A stretch of 47,717 bases of DNA from a virus: the UHGV virus genome UHGV-0097968, one strand, 5' to 3'. Below are positions 25,132-35,069 of the stretch, piece after piece. Numbering within the stretch: position 1 is the first letter of the stretch; each line of letters begins with the position of its first letter. A model generated the notes under the pieces. It worked only from the letters and a program-made list of their open reading frames with translations, made no database searches and had not been told where the DNA came from. The translations under genes were made by a program, and so were the position numbers.

Positions 25132-25370
25132 GTAATCGCGTCATCGAATGCGCCTCCAGAGCGGGGCGTGACTTCTCAGAGTTCATGAAAGGCGAGAAGG
25201 GTATGGAGGACGCGCTGTCCTCGGTGGATCAGTTTGGCGAGCAGATTCGACTCAACGGCTGCGTCAATCATCACTTTGTCAGTTACATGATGCGTAACGC
25301 GATCATGCAGGCATTCATGGACATGGCAAGCGCTGAGAAAAAAGAAGAGCGCCGACGTAAACGAGCGTAA
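25128..25370 (+). CDS. Hypothetical protein
   Basis: 80-aa ORF overlapping upstream stop. Confidence 0.45.
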   Translation: MSNRVIECASRAGRDFSEFMKGEKGMEDALSSVDQFGEQIRLNGCVNHHFVSYMMRNAIMQAFMDMASAEKKEERRRKRA

Positions 25371-25520
25371 GCAAAAGCTGAGTAGTCATTCCAAAGCTCA
25401 TCCCCGGGTGGGCTTGATAATGGATAGTCATCACAGATTTAAAATGTGGCAATGAAGTCTCTTTAATAAGCCAATTCTTAGCATTATTCTGACCTCTCCA
25501 ATTGAAAAGGAGGTTGAGTA

Positions 25521-25712
25521 ATGTCAGATGAAATCCGTCGCTGTAAAATCGTCAGTATGTATGAACAACCCGAGGGAACGTTCATTAAGTTCGCCCCAGT
25601 GAAATTCTATGACGAAGGCAACAACCCTCATGTCGGCGAGCAAGCAATCGTAGAGATGGATAACGGCAAAGTGATTACCGTAAACCCGGGTGAGATTCAC
25701 TTTATTAAATAG
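25521..25712 (+). CDS. Hypothetical small protein
   Basis: 63-aa ORF with AAGGAGG RBS, followed by terminator. Confidence 0.5.
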   Translation: MSDEIRRCKIVSMYEQPEGTFIKFAPVKFYDEGNNPHVGEQAIVEMDNGKVITVNPGEIHFIK

Positions 25713-25732
25713 TGACAAAACTGATTGTGATG

Positions 25733-25756
25733 AAACCCACTGCGGTGGGTTTTTTA
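25733..25756 (+). terminator. Rho-independent terminator
   Basis: Stem ACCCAC/GTGGGT, loop TGCG, T5. Confidence 0.65.
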
Positions 25757-25820
25757 TTGCTATCACCATGGGCAGACCCATCGTAATGGCAAAAGCAGGG
25801 CGAGGTTATCGCCCTGTGTC

Positions 25821-26090
25821 TTAACCGCGTGCCTCACGACCCTCCTCGTCCTCAGGTACACGATATCGCCAGTATTTGTCCGGCCTAACCCAAACAACAT
25901 CCCCGCCGCTATCAACTCTGAACTTATTTATGACTTTTGTTGAAAGTGCTTGGTTGCCGTCTGCATTTTCCTTCAAATGTTGCTCATTACCAACTTTGAC
26001 CAAATAATCAACGACGTCCTGCTGGTATAAGCATCCATCTTTTTGTAGTGCAGATAACATCCAATTTGATACATCTGCAACAGCTAACAC
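25821..26090 (-). CDS. Hypothetical protein (minus-strand moron)
   Basis: 89-aa ORF downstream of the 26105-26323 gene on the same strand. Confidence 0.4.
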   Translation of the reverse strand: MLAVADVSNWMLSALQKDGCLYQQDVVDYLVKVGNEQHLKENADGNQALSTKVINKFRVDSGGDVVWVRPDKYWRYRVPEDEEGREARG

Positions 26091-26104
26091 AGTGGTTGAT
26101 TGGG

Positions 26105-26323
26105 TTATGGCTTTGGGATGAATTTATCTAACGACTCTTCTGGGAAATTACCACTGTCTAATTTCCTTCCTGCAAACCATTGGCAACGGTAGTTACCATT
26201 GAAGGTATCCGATAAGGTAGTAAGTGGTTTTTCAACAGTCATTGCTGGGCCACCTGATTTCAATACGACTAGCTCCCCTTTATTAAATTTTGCAACTGGA
26301 GTTTGTGAAGGTGCTTTAGCCAT
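26105..26323 (-). CDS. DUF2158 (YodC-like) small protein
   Basis: 72 aa; KFNKGELVVLKSGGPAMTV...QWFAG motif; AAGGA RBS. Confidence 0.55.
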   Translation of the reverse strand: MAKAPSQTPVAKFNKGELVVLKSGGPAMTVEKPLTTLSDTFNGNYRCQWFAGRKLDSGNFPEESLDKFIPKP

Positions 26324-26430
26324 TTTATGTCCTTAAAAGTTAGTGATATGACAATGATTAGATGGCGACAATAGGTATAAATTTCAATAATAACAACTTG
26401 ACTTAGCTCACAAAATTTAAAGGAAATCTT

Positions 26431-26600
26431 ATGGCAAAACCGAACTGGGGAGCACTGCAACACCAGTTCCTCGCCGACCATGCCAAAACGGGTATATCAC
26501 CGAAAGAATGGTGTGACGCGTAGGGACTGAGCTACGCAACAGCTCGCCGACGTATAAAAAACAACTGCGCAATGTGCCAAAGAGCTGGTGGCTGATGAAA
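26431..26600 (+). pseudogene. Decayed 5' remnant of a terminase small-subunit-like gene (in-frame TAG plus frameshift)
   Basis: MAKPNWGALQHQFLADHAKTGISPKEWCDA then TAG where intact homologues, as I recall, continue QGL...TARR..IK; reading frame then shifts and terminates. Confidence 0.4.
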
Positions 26601-26661
26601 GAGACGCTTTACTTTAACGAGAGGCCGCCTTTTTGTTTTAAGGCGGCACACATTCAACAGA

Positions 26662-26922
26662 TTAAGGTAACTGATTTGACCATTTTGTTGCGCGCCAGTT
26701 GTTCTGAACCATAATCTTCTGAAGTATCTCATCTGAAGGCTCTGCTTCGCCGCTTAGCCATTCTCTTAAAGTTGAACAATTTAGATAAGAGGAGTTCGCA
26801 CGATAAAAAGATACGATGGCGTCCTCTGATAACGTCTCAGGAAACTTTTTTGGGTCAGCTTCTTTTAATATTACGCTCATTAAGGCTTCAATTTTTTCTC
26901 TGTTCATTTTTTGCGTTCTCAT
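26662..26922 (-). CDS. Hypothetical protein (weak)
   Basis: 86-aa ORF in AT-rich segment between packaging-gene remnant and cos; poor RBS. Confidence 0.3.
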   Translation of the reverse strand: MRTQKMNREKIEALMSVILKEADPKKFPETLSEDAIVSFYRANSSYLNCSTLREWLSGEAEPSDEILQKIMVQNNWRATKWSNQLP

Positions 26923-27197
26923 GGTTGTTGTTTTTCTGTAAGGATATCAATAAGTTCAAGATATATACATATATCGAAAACTTGTTCGGTAGTCTATCGA
27001 TACAGCGCAAAAGGATGGCTCGCTGCCAAAGTGAAAGCTTACGCTGATAATCAGATACACAAAGCTGATGTATGCAAACAAGTACGCCGCGAGGCTACAG
27101 TCGAGTTTGATGAACCTGATGCGAGCCCCCGATTCCTGTCCTGAAAGGGAGATAGCCCACCCTGGTCGCGGGTCCTTTCCGAAATCCAAAACACCGA

Positions 27198-27277
27198 GGG
27201 TCGGTAGACGCGCAAAAACTCGCTCGTTTTTAGTATTTTTTCATTTTGGGTATTTCCGGTTCCGGTGAGGATTTTTA
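27198..27277. other. Candidate cos region (cosN-like GGGTCGGTAGAC followed by TTTCCGGTT-type cosB motifs)
   Basis: Located immediately upstream of Nu1-like terS; resembles my recollection of lambda cosN GGGCGGCGACCT and downstream TTTCCGGTT motifs. Confidence 0.35.
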
Positions 27278-27844
27278 ATGGCAAGTCAGGCTGAGGTCGC
27301 AGCACATTTATTGCTATCAGATCGTCGTCTGCGCGATCTCGCAAAACTTCCGGGAGCTCCAGTCCCCCAAGGACGTGGCGATTGGGACCTTGATGCCTGG
27401 CGCCATTTTTATATTCATTATCTCCGGAGCAATAGACGCGACACAATTGGTACAGACGAACCGGAAGTGGGGGACAATTCTCCCGAAAAAAATCGCGAGC
27501 AGTGGTTGAAAAATGAGGAACGGCAGGAGCGAATCCTGATGGCTCGCGTGAAACGCCGCATTCTTGCTAAACGCTACGCGCCAATTGAATTAATTAGCGT
27601 CGCTGTATCTCGCGTCGCCGTTGAATTACGTACCCGCGTCGAGTCGTGGCCACCACGATTGAAAAAGGTGTGGCCTGAAATGCCGCAGGAGGCGAGCAGT
27701 GTATTACGAGAGGAGCTGGCGATAGCCCTGAATGAACTGGCAGACATACGAGTCGACTTCAGCGATTACGATGTCAGCGATATCGAACGCGATCTCGACA
27801 GGGTTGAATCCCTTGCGCGTGACGATACCGATGACGGGGGTTGA
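27278..27844 (+). CDS. Terminase small subunit (Nu1-like)
   Basis: 188-aa ORF directly upstream of and overlapping the gpA-like large terminase gene. Confidence 0.7.
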   Translation: MASQAEVAAHLLLSDRRLRDLAKLPGAPVPQGRGDWDLDAWRHFYIHYLRSNRRDTIGTDEPEVGDNSPEKNREQWLKNEERQERILMARVKRRILAKRYAPIELISVAVSRVAVELRTRVESWPPRLKKVWPEMPQEASSVLREELAIALNELADIRVDFSDYDVSDIERDLDRVESLARDDTDDGG

Positions 27845-29693
27845 GTGGGCTGATAAATATTTTTATCTCCCTGAGGGCTCCAGCCACATCGCTGGCCACT
27901 GGACGACTCAGCCGGTCCAGGTAGTGATGCTCAATATGATGACTAACGACGCGATAAAAATCGTGTCTGTTCGCAAATCAGCTCGTCTCGGTTATACAAA
28001 AATACTCGTCGCGGCGCTGCTCTATTTCGCTGAGCACAAAAAACGTAGTGCCGTGGTCTATCAGCCTATCGATGACGAATCGGATGGATTTGTCGCCGAC
28101 GAGGTTGACCCCGCTATCGCCGAAATGCCGGTGATTCAGAAAATTTTCCCCGACTGGGATAAAAGCAACGAGCGTAACAATCTCCAGCGTAAAGAAATGA
28201 ACGGCGCGATTATTGATTTTCGCGGCGCGAGTACGCCAGGAAATTTCCGGCGACTAACGAAACAGGTTGTCGAGGGTGACGAAGTTGACGGCTGGCCGCT
28301 GGAAGTTGCCAAAAAAGGCAAAGGCGAGGGCTCGCCCATCGAACTGGCGCTCGTTCGAATTAAAGGGGCAGCGTACCCGAAGGCGATTTTCGGTTCGACA
28401 CCGACAGTCACCGGTAAAAGTCATATCGAAATGTTGGAAGACGCTGCTGATCTGACATTTCGTTTTTACCTGAAGTGTCCGCATTGTAGCGAGGAGCAGA
28501 CCCTAGTATTTGGTTTCGACGGTATCGAATACGGTCTCAAGTGGGATGACAGCCTGCAGACTAACGAGTCGAAATCGTCGTCCGCGTATTACCAGTGCTG
28601 CCACTGCCCGGAGCATTTTTACTATCGCGATCTCGAAAAAATGGAGCTCGGGGGGCGCTGGATAGCCGAGGACTGCACCTGGACCCGAGACGGAATCCAT
28701 TTTTTTGATCATGACGGTGGCGTCGTTCGCGCGCCGAAACACGCGGCGATCGTGATAAACGCCCTGTATTCACTAAACCTCGATGGATGGGGCGAGATTG
28801 TCAGCGAGTGGCTGAAAGCGAAGGGTGACCCACTCAAAGAAAAAACGTTTCATAACACGACGCTCGGCGAACTCTGGAGCGACGTAGCCAGCGAGCAGCT
28901 GGAGCACGATATTCTGGTTAATCGCCGGGAAAAATACGCCAGCCAGGTTCCTGACGGTGTTGTTTATATAACCGGTGGCATCGACTCTCAGACGTCCGGG
29001 CGCTACGAGTGTTACGTATGGGGATGGGGAGCCGAGGAAGAGTGCTGGTTGATTGATAAAACCATCGTCCTCGGTCGCTACGACGAGGAGGACACGCTGC
29101 AGCGCGTCGACGGAGTGATTCGCAAACAATACCGGCGCAGCGACGGGACCACAATCGGCGTCAGTCGCTGGGCGTGGGATACCGGTGGTATAGATGCGCA
29201 GGTCGTTTATAACCGCTCGCTGAAACTCGGTCCGCTGTGGGTCATTCCAATTAAAGGTGCGAGCTCATACGGTCAGCCAGTCGTAAATATGCCGCGTACA
29301 CGTAACGCGAATAAAGTCTATTTGTCGTTAATCGGTACTGATACGGCAAAAGATTTGCTCGCAATGCGCCTGCCGCTGGAACCCGATTCTAAATCGGCGA
29401 CACCAGGTGCGATTCATTTTCCCAACGACGTCGAAATATTCGGCACAACAGAGGCAAAACAGCTCGTTTCTGAAGTTCTGATCCCGAAACTGATTAACGG
29501 TCGCGTCGTTTATCGCTGGGACAACCAGGGCCGGCGAAATGAAGCTCTCGACTGCTGGGTATACGGGCTGGCTGCGCTGCGTATCAGTAAAATTCGTTTC
29601 CAGCTCAATCTCGAGGCGCTCGCTGAGCAACGGAAAAAATCACAAAACAAACTGTCTCTCGAGGAGATGGCGAGAATGCTCGGAGGGAGCTAA
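27732..29693 (+). CDS. Terminase large subunit, lambda gpA family
   Basis: 653 aa with extended similarity to lambda gpA by recollection (VEWAD..YLP, KSARLGYTK, CPHC, IPIKGAS, RRNEALDC); true start may be the ATG at 27831 overlapping the terS stop. Confidence 0.95.
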   Translation: MNWQTYESTSAITMSAISNAISTGLNPLRVTIPMTGVEWADKYFYLPEGSSHIAGHWTTQPVQVVMLNMMTNDAIKIVSVRKSARLGYTKILVAALLYFAEHKKRSAVVYQPIDDESDGFVADEVDPAIAEMPVIQKIFPDWDKSNERNNLQRKEMNGAIIDFRGASTPGNFRRLTKQVVEGDEVDGWPLEVAKKGKGEGSPIELALVRIKGAAYPKAIFGSTPTVTGKSHIEMLEDAADLTFRFYLKCPHCSEEQTLVFGFDGIEYGLKWDDSLQTNESKSSSAYYQCCHCPEHFYYRDLEKMELGGRWIAEDCTWTRDGIHFFDHDGGVVRAPKHAAIVINALYSLNLDGWGEIVSEWLKAKGDPLKEKTFHNTTLGELWSDVASEQLEHDILVNRREKYASQVPDGVVYITGGIDSQTSGRYECYVWGWGAEEECWLIDKTIVLGRYDEEDTLQRVDGVIRKQYRRSDGTTIGVSRWAWDTGGIDAQVVYNRSLKLGPLWVIPIKGASSYGQPVVNMPRTRNANKVYLSLIGTDTAKDLLAMRLPLEPDSKSATPGAIHFPNDVEIFGTTEAKQLVSEVLIPKLINGRVVYRWDNQGRRNEALDCWVYGLAALRISKIRFQLNLEALAEQRKKSQNKLSLEEMARMLGGS

Positions 29694-29926
29694 TGACCGC
29701 GCGCGAGGTTTTAACAGAACGGCTGCTGGAAGCGGAAATCGCTCTGCACAAATTATTAACGGGTAAATCGACCGTGTCGCTGTCTCACGGCGATTCAGCG
29801 GGAAATAACCGGAGCTATCAGTACTCCCAGGCGAGTATTGAACAGCTCCGAACGTACATTATCGAGCTGAAATCACAGCTCGGTCTGAGTACGGGACGCC
29901 GCCGTCCCGTGGGAGTTCGATTATGA
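29693..29926 (+). CDS. Head-tail joining protein, lambda gpW-like
   Basis: 77 aa; LHKLLTGK...YIIELKSQLG...RRRPVG parallels lambda W. Confidence 0.75.
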   Translation: MTAREVLTERLLEAEIALHKLLTGKSTVSLSHGDSAGNNRSYQYSQASIEQLRTYIIELKSQLGLSTGRRRPVGVRL

Positions 29927-31497
29927 CTGCTCCACAGCAGCTGCTCGGGCCTGACGGTAAAACGCCACTACGCCGTTTTGCGGGGTATAACGGCGGCGGT
30001 CCCGGCTTCGGTGGCCAGCTGATTGACTGGAATGCACCACAGCAAAGTGCCGATGCGGCACTGCTGCCTAATTTTTATCGCGGTAACGCGCGAGCAGACG
30101 ATCTCGTTCGCAATAACGGCGTCGCATCGAACGCTGTGCAGCTGCACCAGGATCACATCGTCGGCAATCTGTTTAAGCTGAGTTACCGCCCTAACTGGCG
30201 TTACCTAGGGATATCTCGCGAGGACGCCAGGGCGCTGGCGCGTGACGTTGAGGTCGCGTGGACTGAATACGCCGAGGACCCTCACTGCACGATTGATATC
30301 GAGCGGAAACGGACGTTCACAATGATGATCCGCGAGGGCGTGGCTACTCACGCTTTCAACGGTGAAACCTGCGTACAACCAGTCTGGGAGAGTAGTGCCG
30401 GCAGCGTTTTTCGGACGCGATTCAAAATGGTCTCACCGAAACGGATTCGAAATCCGGGTTACGCAGCTGACACCCAATTTCGCCGCGCCGGTGTTGATAT
30501 CGATAAAAACGGGGCCGCGGTCGGGTATTGGATAGCCGAGGATACCTACCCCCTCGGCGGAGTCGGTAAATGTCGGCGTATCCCAGCACAGCTCAGCAGC
30601 GGCAGACACGCATTCATCCACATATTCGAGCCGCTCGAGGACGGACAGACCCGCGGAGATAACATTTTTTACAGCGTAATGGAGCGGTTGAAAATGCTCG
30701 ATACGCTGCAGCAAACACAGCTGCAGAGCGCCATCGTGAAAGCGATGTACGCCGCCACAATCGAATCAGAGCTCGACAGCCAGCAGGCGTTTGAATATAT
30801 CGCCGGCGCGGGTACTGATATCGACTCGAACCCGCTGAATTCGTTTATTCAGAGTTACGTGACGTACTACAACGGCGCAAATATCAAGCTCGGTGGTGTG
30901 AAAGTTCCCCACCTGCATCCCGGCGACAAACTCAGTTTACAGACCGCTCAGAATGCTGATGCTGGTTTCAGTTCGCTGGAAAAATCACTCCTGCGTTACG
31001 TTGCCGCTGGCGTCGGCGCGTCATATGAGGAACTGAGTCGGGACTACAGCCAGGTCAGTTACTCCAGCGCGCGGGCCAGCGCAAACGTGAGCTGGCGTTT
31101 TTTCATGGGCCGTCGACGTTTTATCGCCGCACGACAGGCGTCACTGATGTTCTGCTGCTGGTTTGAGGAAGCTCTGGCGCGCGGAGTTATCACCCTGCCA
31201 CGCTCAGCGGTCCGGTCGTTTTATGAGGCGCGGAACTCCTGGACGAATGCGCTCTGGATCGGTGCAGGTCGCATGGCCATCGACGGACTGAAAGAGGTTC
31301 AGGAGAGTGCAATGCGTATCACGACTGGCCTCAGCACGTATCAGAACGAACTGGCGCTGCAGGGGCAGGACTACGAGGAGGTCATGGAACAACAGGAATA
31401 CGAAATTCAGCGCCGGCGCGAAATGGGGCTGAGCGAACCATCCTGGTCAGTATCTCACCCCTCAAATACCAACGATAACGGCTGGGGAGGTAACTGA
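29923..31497 (+). CDS. Portal protein, lambda gpB family
   Basis: 524-aa ORF following terL and gpW in lambda order. Confidence 0.9.
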   Translation: MTAPQQLLGPDGKTPLRRFAGYNGGGPGFGGQLIDWNAPQQSADAALLPNFYRGNARADDLVRNNGVASNAVQLHQDHIVGNLFKLSYRPNWRYLGISREDARALARDVEVAWTEYAEDPHCTIDIERKRTFTMMIREGVATHAFNGETCVQPVWESSAGSVFRTRFKMVSPKRIRNPGYAADTQFRRAGVDIDKNGAAVGYWIAEDTYPLGGVGKCRRIPAQLSSGRHAFIHIFEPLEDGQTRGDNIFYSVMERLKMLDTLQQTQLQSAIVKAMYAATIESELDSQQAFEYIAGAGTDIDSNPLNSFIQSYVTYYNGANIKLGGVKVPHLHPGDKLSLQTAQNADAGFSSLEKSLLRYVAAGVGASYEELSRDYSQVSYSSARASANVSWRFFMGRRRFIAARQASLMFCCWFEEALARGVITLPRSAVRSFYEARNSWTNALWIGAGRMAIDGLKEVQESAMRITTGLSTYQNELALQGQDYEEVMEQQEYEIQRRREMGLSEPSWSVSHPSNTNDNGWGGN

Positions 31498-32807
31498 TGC
31501 CGTGGAACAATTTTCCGCACCTTGCCGCCCGGGCGTTCAATCAACCGCTTTTGCTGGAGCCCGCCTACGCGCGGGTATTTTTTTCGGCACTGAGCGACCG
31601 GTTCGGTACCGGGCGACTGATTGATACAGCGTCCGGAGAGGTAATGAGCAGTGACGAAATGAACGCGCTCGCGATGGGGTGGGACAGCACAGAGCGAACA
31701 CGCCAGAAATCGTACCGCGTGGAGCGTGGTATAGCTGTTCTGCCGGTTACCGGGACACTGGTTCATAAATTGGGTTATATCAATCCGGTTAGCGGTATGA
31801 GCGGTTACGACGGAATCGTAAAACGCCTGCAGCAGGCGATTTCTGATCCCGATGTTAAGGGGATTTTGCTGGATATTGACTCCCCAGGTGGTGAGGTTGC
31901 CGGCGCGTTTGATACTGCTGATTTAATCGCCCGGGCGCGAGAGCAAAAACCAGTCTGGGCGCTGGCCAGTGATACAGCCTGCAGCGCCGCCTATTTGCTG
32001 GCGTCAGCGTGTTCGCGCCGGCTGATAACGCAGACCGGCACGGTTGGTTCAATCGGCGTCCTGATGGCTCACCGCTGCGTCGAAAAAGCGCTGGAGATTG
32101 CCGGCGTTGACGTGACGCTGATTTACGCCGGTGCGCACAAGGTCGACGGGAACCCGTATTCCCAATTGCCCGACGACGTTCGCGACGAATTCCAGCTGAG
32201 TATTAACTGCACACGCGAGCAGTTCGCGCAAAAAGTCTCGGATTATACCGGGCTGAAAAAATCCAGGGTGCTGGCCACAGAGGCCGCAGTATTTATCGGC
32301 GCGGACGCGATTAAATCTGGTCTCGCTGATCAACTCGTTAATTACGCGGACGCTATCGCAGTGATGGCCGACGCACTGAAACCAAAAATGGAGCGATTTA
32401 TGCCAGGTACAACAGAAACCACGGCGGAGACCACGACCACAGAACAAACCGCGGCTACGACTACGGTCGCGCCGGTTGAGTCCAACGCGGAGCAGATTCG
32501 CGCGGACGCCGCATCGAGCGAACTGGCACGCGTGATGGCCATCATCAACTGTCCCGAAGCTGTTGGGCGCGAGGCGCAGGCAAAAGCGCTCGCTGGCGTC
32601 CCCGGGATGACGGTCGGGCAGGCGCAGACGGTCCTCGCGGCAGCACCGCAAACAGCGCAGGCGCGGACAGAAACGGCGCTCGATACACTCATGAGCACTG
32701 AATCACCGGAAACTATTCAGGATGCCGGCAGCACCACGGCAACAGGAACAGCCGCAAACGTCTCGATGCTGGTTGCTGCAGGGCGTTCAATTTTAGGGGA
32801 TGAATAA
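31497..32807 (+). CDS. Prohead protease/scaffold (lambda gpC-Nu3-like, S49 peptidase)
   Basis: 436 aa; N-terminal ClpP/S49-like region (GILLDIDSPGGEV...ASDTACSAAYLLASA), Ala/Thr-rich C-terminal scaffold-like tail. Confidence 0.85.
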   Translation: MPWNNFPHLAARAFNQPLLLEPAYARVFFSALSDRFGTGRLIDTASGEVMSSDEMNALAMGWDSTERTRQKSYRVERGIAVLPVTGTLVHKLGYINPVSGMSGYDGIVKRLQQAISDPDVKGILLDIDSPGGEVAGAFDTADLIARAREQKPVWALASDTACSAAYLLASACSRRLITQTGTVGSIGVLMAHRCVEKALEIAGVDVTLIYAGAHKVDGNPYSQLPDDVRDEFQLSINCTREQFAQKVSDYTGLKKSRVLATEAAVFIGADAIKSGLADQLVNYADAIAVMADALKPKMERFMPGTTETTAETTTTEQTAATTTVAPVESNAEQIRADAASSELARVMAIINCPEAVGREAQAKALAGVPGMTVGQAQTVLAAAPQTAQARTETALDTLMSTESPETIQDAGSTTATGTAANVSMLVAAGRSILGDE

Positions 32808-33136
32808 TGACCACAGAAACGTATAGCCCGGATGATTTTATTCTGGGACCCGATCTTGTTGTTACGACCGTCGGTCATTTTCAGGGCGGGATCAACGTAC
32901 CCCGGCTGACACCGATTATGCTCGACGCTACTGTCGGGACGTTTAAGGTTTGGGACGGCTCAGTCGGTAAAGCTATTGGCCTCACTGCCACCGCAGTTAA
33001 TACTGGCTCCAGTTCTGCAGACTGCTCGTACTATAAATCAGGCTCGTTCCGTTACACGGCGATTAACTGGGGTACGGTTACCGACGTAGCTAAACGCAAA
33101 TCAGCGTTTGCTGGTACGCCTGTCAGCGTCGGCTGA
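32807..33136 (+). CDS. Head decoration protein, lambda gpD-like
   Basis: 109 aa; LTPIMLDATVGTFKVWDG...YKSGSFRYTAINW...AFAGTPVSVG parallels lambda D. Confidence 0.8.
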   Translation: MTTETYSPDDFILGPDLVVTTVGHFQGGINVPRLTPIMLDATVGTFKVWDGSVGKAIGLTATAVNTGSSSADCSYYKSGSFRYTAINWGTVTDVAKRKSAFAGTPVSVG

Positions 33137-33156
33137 TAGCAAAAAACTCAAAACAA

Positions 33157-33180
33157 GCCGCCTCCGGGCGGTTTTTTTTA
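33157..33180 (+). terminator. Rho-independent terminator/attenuator before the major capsid gene
   Basis: Stem CCGCC/GGCGG, loop TCCG, T8. Confidence 0.65.
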
Positions 33181-33194
33181 TACAGGATATCTAA

Positions 33195-34229
33195 ATGAGC
33201 GATTCGTTTACTACGTCAGAATTGATTACCGCGACACAGCAGGTATTTAAGTTCAATCCGTTGTTTTTAAGACTGTTTTTCCGTGAGACCTACACGTTTA
33301 CGAGCGAAGAGGTTTTTCTGGATAAAATCCCGGGTAAGGTCAATATGGCGGTGTATTGCGCGCCGATGATCACCGGCAAAGTAGATCGCACCCGCGGCTA
33401 TTCAACTAACCATTTTAAGCCGGGTTACACGAAGCCGAAACACACGATCAATCCGAATATGAGCATCAAGCGCGCCGGCGGAGAGCCGATTAGTGAGCCA
33501 TTAACTCCCGTAATTCGTCGCGCCAAACTCATCATGCAGAACCTGCTCGATGAGGAACTGAGCATCAGCCAGCTCGAAGAATATCAGGCGGTACAGGCTG
33601 TTCTGTACGGTAAATACACAGTTTCCGGCAGCAATATCGAGACCTATGAGATCGACATGAGCCGCAGCGCGACGAATAACGTCACTCAGTCCGGTTCGAC
33701 AGCCTGGTCGACTCAGGATGCGGAAACGTATGACCCGAGCGACGATATCGAATCTTATGCGGACCTTGCATCCGGTGCTGTTAACGTCATCATTATGGAC
33801 GGTAAAGCCTGGAAGCAGTTGAAGCGTTTTAAAAAGTTCTGGACGGCACTGGATACGCGCCGCGGCTCAAACAGCCAGCTCGAAGTCGCGCTGAAAAACC
33901 TGGGCGACGTCGTTAGCTTTAAGGGCTATTACGGCGACACAGCGTTGTTTGTCTACAAAGGACAATACATCGATCCGGAGACAGGCACTGAAAAGCGTTA
34001 TATGCCGGATAGCACGATGATTTTGGGCAACACAAAAAATCGCGGACTCCGCACTTATGGCGCAATCCAGGACGAAGACGCTTTGAAAGAGGGTATCAGC
34101 GAGGCCACGCGCTATCCGAAGGTCTGGACCACTACCGGTGATCCAGCGGTGACGCAAACAATGACCCAATCCGCGCCAGCAATGGTCCTCACCGACGCTG
34201 ATGCGTTCGTCGTCGTAAAAATCGCGTAA
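33195..34229 (+). CDS. Major capsid protein, lambda gpE family
   Basis: 344 aa with end-to-end similarity to lambda E by recollection (FKFNPLFLRLFFRE, TRRGSNS, NTKNRGLRTYG, YPKVWTTTGDPA). Confidence 0.95.
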   Translation: MSDSFTTSELITATQQVFKFNPLFLRLFFRETYTFTSEEVFLDKIPGKVNMAVYCAPMITGKVDRTRGYSTNHFKPGYTKPKHTINPNMSIKRAGGEPISEPLTPVIRRAKLIMQNLLDEELSISQLEEYQAVQAVLYGKYTVSGSNIETYEIDMSRSATNNVTQSGSTAWSTQDAETYDPSDDIESYADLASGAVNVIIMDGKAWKQLKRFKKFWTALDTRRGSNSQLEVALKNLGDVVSFKGYYGDTALFVYKGQYIDPETGTEKRYMPDSTMILGNTKNRGLRTYGAIQDEDALKEGISEATRYPKVWTTTGDPAVTQTMTQSAPAMVLTDADAFVVVKIA

Positions 34230-34250
34230 GAGCCGAAAGGCTCTTTTTTG
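34229..34250 (+). terminator. Rho-independent terminator after major capsid gene
   Basis: Stem GAGCC/GGCTC, loop GAAA, T6. Confidence 0.65.
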
Positions 34251-34263
34251 TTAAGGAATCAAC

Positions 34264-34683
34264 ATGAGCACAAAAACAGAATTGCTGGCGAGAATCGACG
34301 ATCTGAGCGCACAGCTCGGTCGCGAATTACCGCGTAGCGGGACTATTGCGGAACTTGAATCAATCGTCGCCGGTGCTGAGTCAGAGCTCGATATTCTGAA
34401 TGAGCAATCTGGTGACGCGGGAGGCATCGAGATTGCGGTGAATACTGCGCCCGGGACTGATAGCGATCTCGCTCAATCAATTACGAGCACCATCGTTTCA
34501 CAGTCACAAGAGCAGAAAATCGCATTAATTACGCGTCGCGTAAAGCTGCGTAACACACTGGATATTTATCACTACGTGAACGGGCGTCGTGTTCGCGAGA
34601 TTGTTGCCGAAGGCCGTGAAATTATTGTCGATTCGCCTGAAGTCGCAGACCTCATCGCAGCTGGTCACGTTTACGCTCTATGA
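34264..34683 (+). CDS. DNA-packaging/head completion protein (FI-like, by position)
   Basis: 139-aa acidic ORF directly after major capsid gene. Confidence 0.45.
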   Translation: MSTKTELLARIDDLSAQLGRELPRSGTIAELESIVAGAESELDILNEQSGDAGGIEIAVNTAPGTDSDLAQSITSTIVSQSQEQKIALITRRVKLRNTLDIYHYVNGRRVREIVAEGREIIVDSPEVADLIAAGHVYAL

Positions 34684-35060
34684 GCTACTACGATGACCTC
34701 CGGGCTGGCGACGAAGAGATGATTCGTGAGTGGGGACGGCCCGTTAAATTACGCGGTAAAACCGACCCCATTATCGCTATTTTCAACGAGCCTTACGCGC
34801 GCGTTGACGTTCCTCACGCTGGTTTTATTACCGGTACAGTAACGAGCCTGACGGCGCTCTCGGACGACGTCGCTGGCGTTGTTGCGCGTGACGTCGTCCA
34901 GGTTCCAAAGCAGCGCAGCATCGAACCTGACGGCTCTGTTACCTGGTCTGGCTGGACCGATTACGTGGTTAAAGAGCCTCAACCTGATGGCACAGGGCTC
35001 ACGAATATTTTTTTAGAGCCTCACACGTCCAGCGAAAACAGCGAGTATTCAAAATACTAA
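34680..35060 (+). CDS. Head-tail connector protein (FII-like, by position)
   Basis: 126-aa ORF following FI-like gene. Confidence 0.4.
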   Translation: MSYYDDLRAGDEEMIREWGRPVKLRGKTDPIIAIFNEPYARVDVPHAGFITGTVTSLTALSDDVAGVVARDVVQVPKQRSIEPDGSVTWSGWTDYVVKEPQPDGTGLTNIFLEPHTSSENSEYSKY

Positions 35061-35069
35061 GGGGGAACC

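Noticed and set aside
32049-32698. 200-aa and 118-aa minus-strand ORFs inside the prohead protease gene
   Set aside because: Antisense frames within a strongly supported structural gene; Arg/Cys-rich composition.
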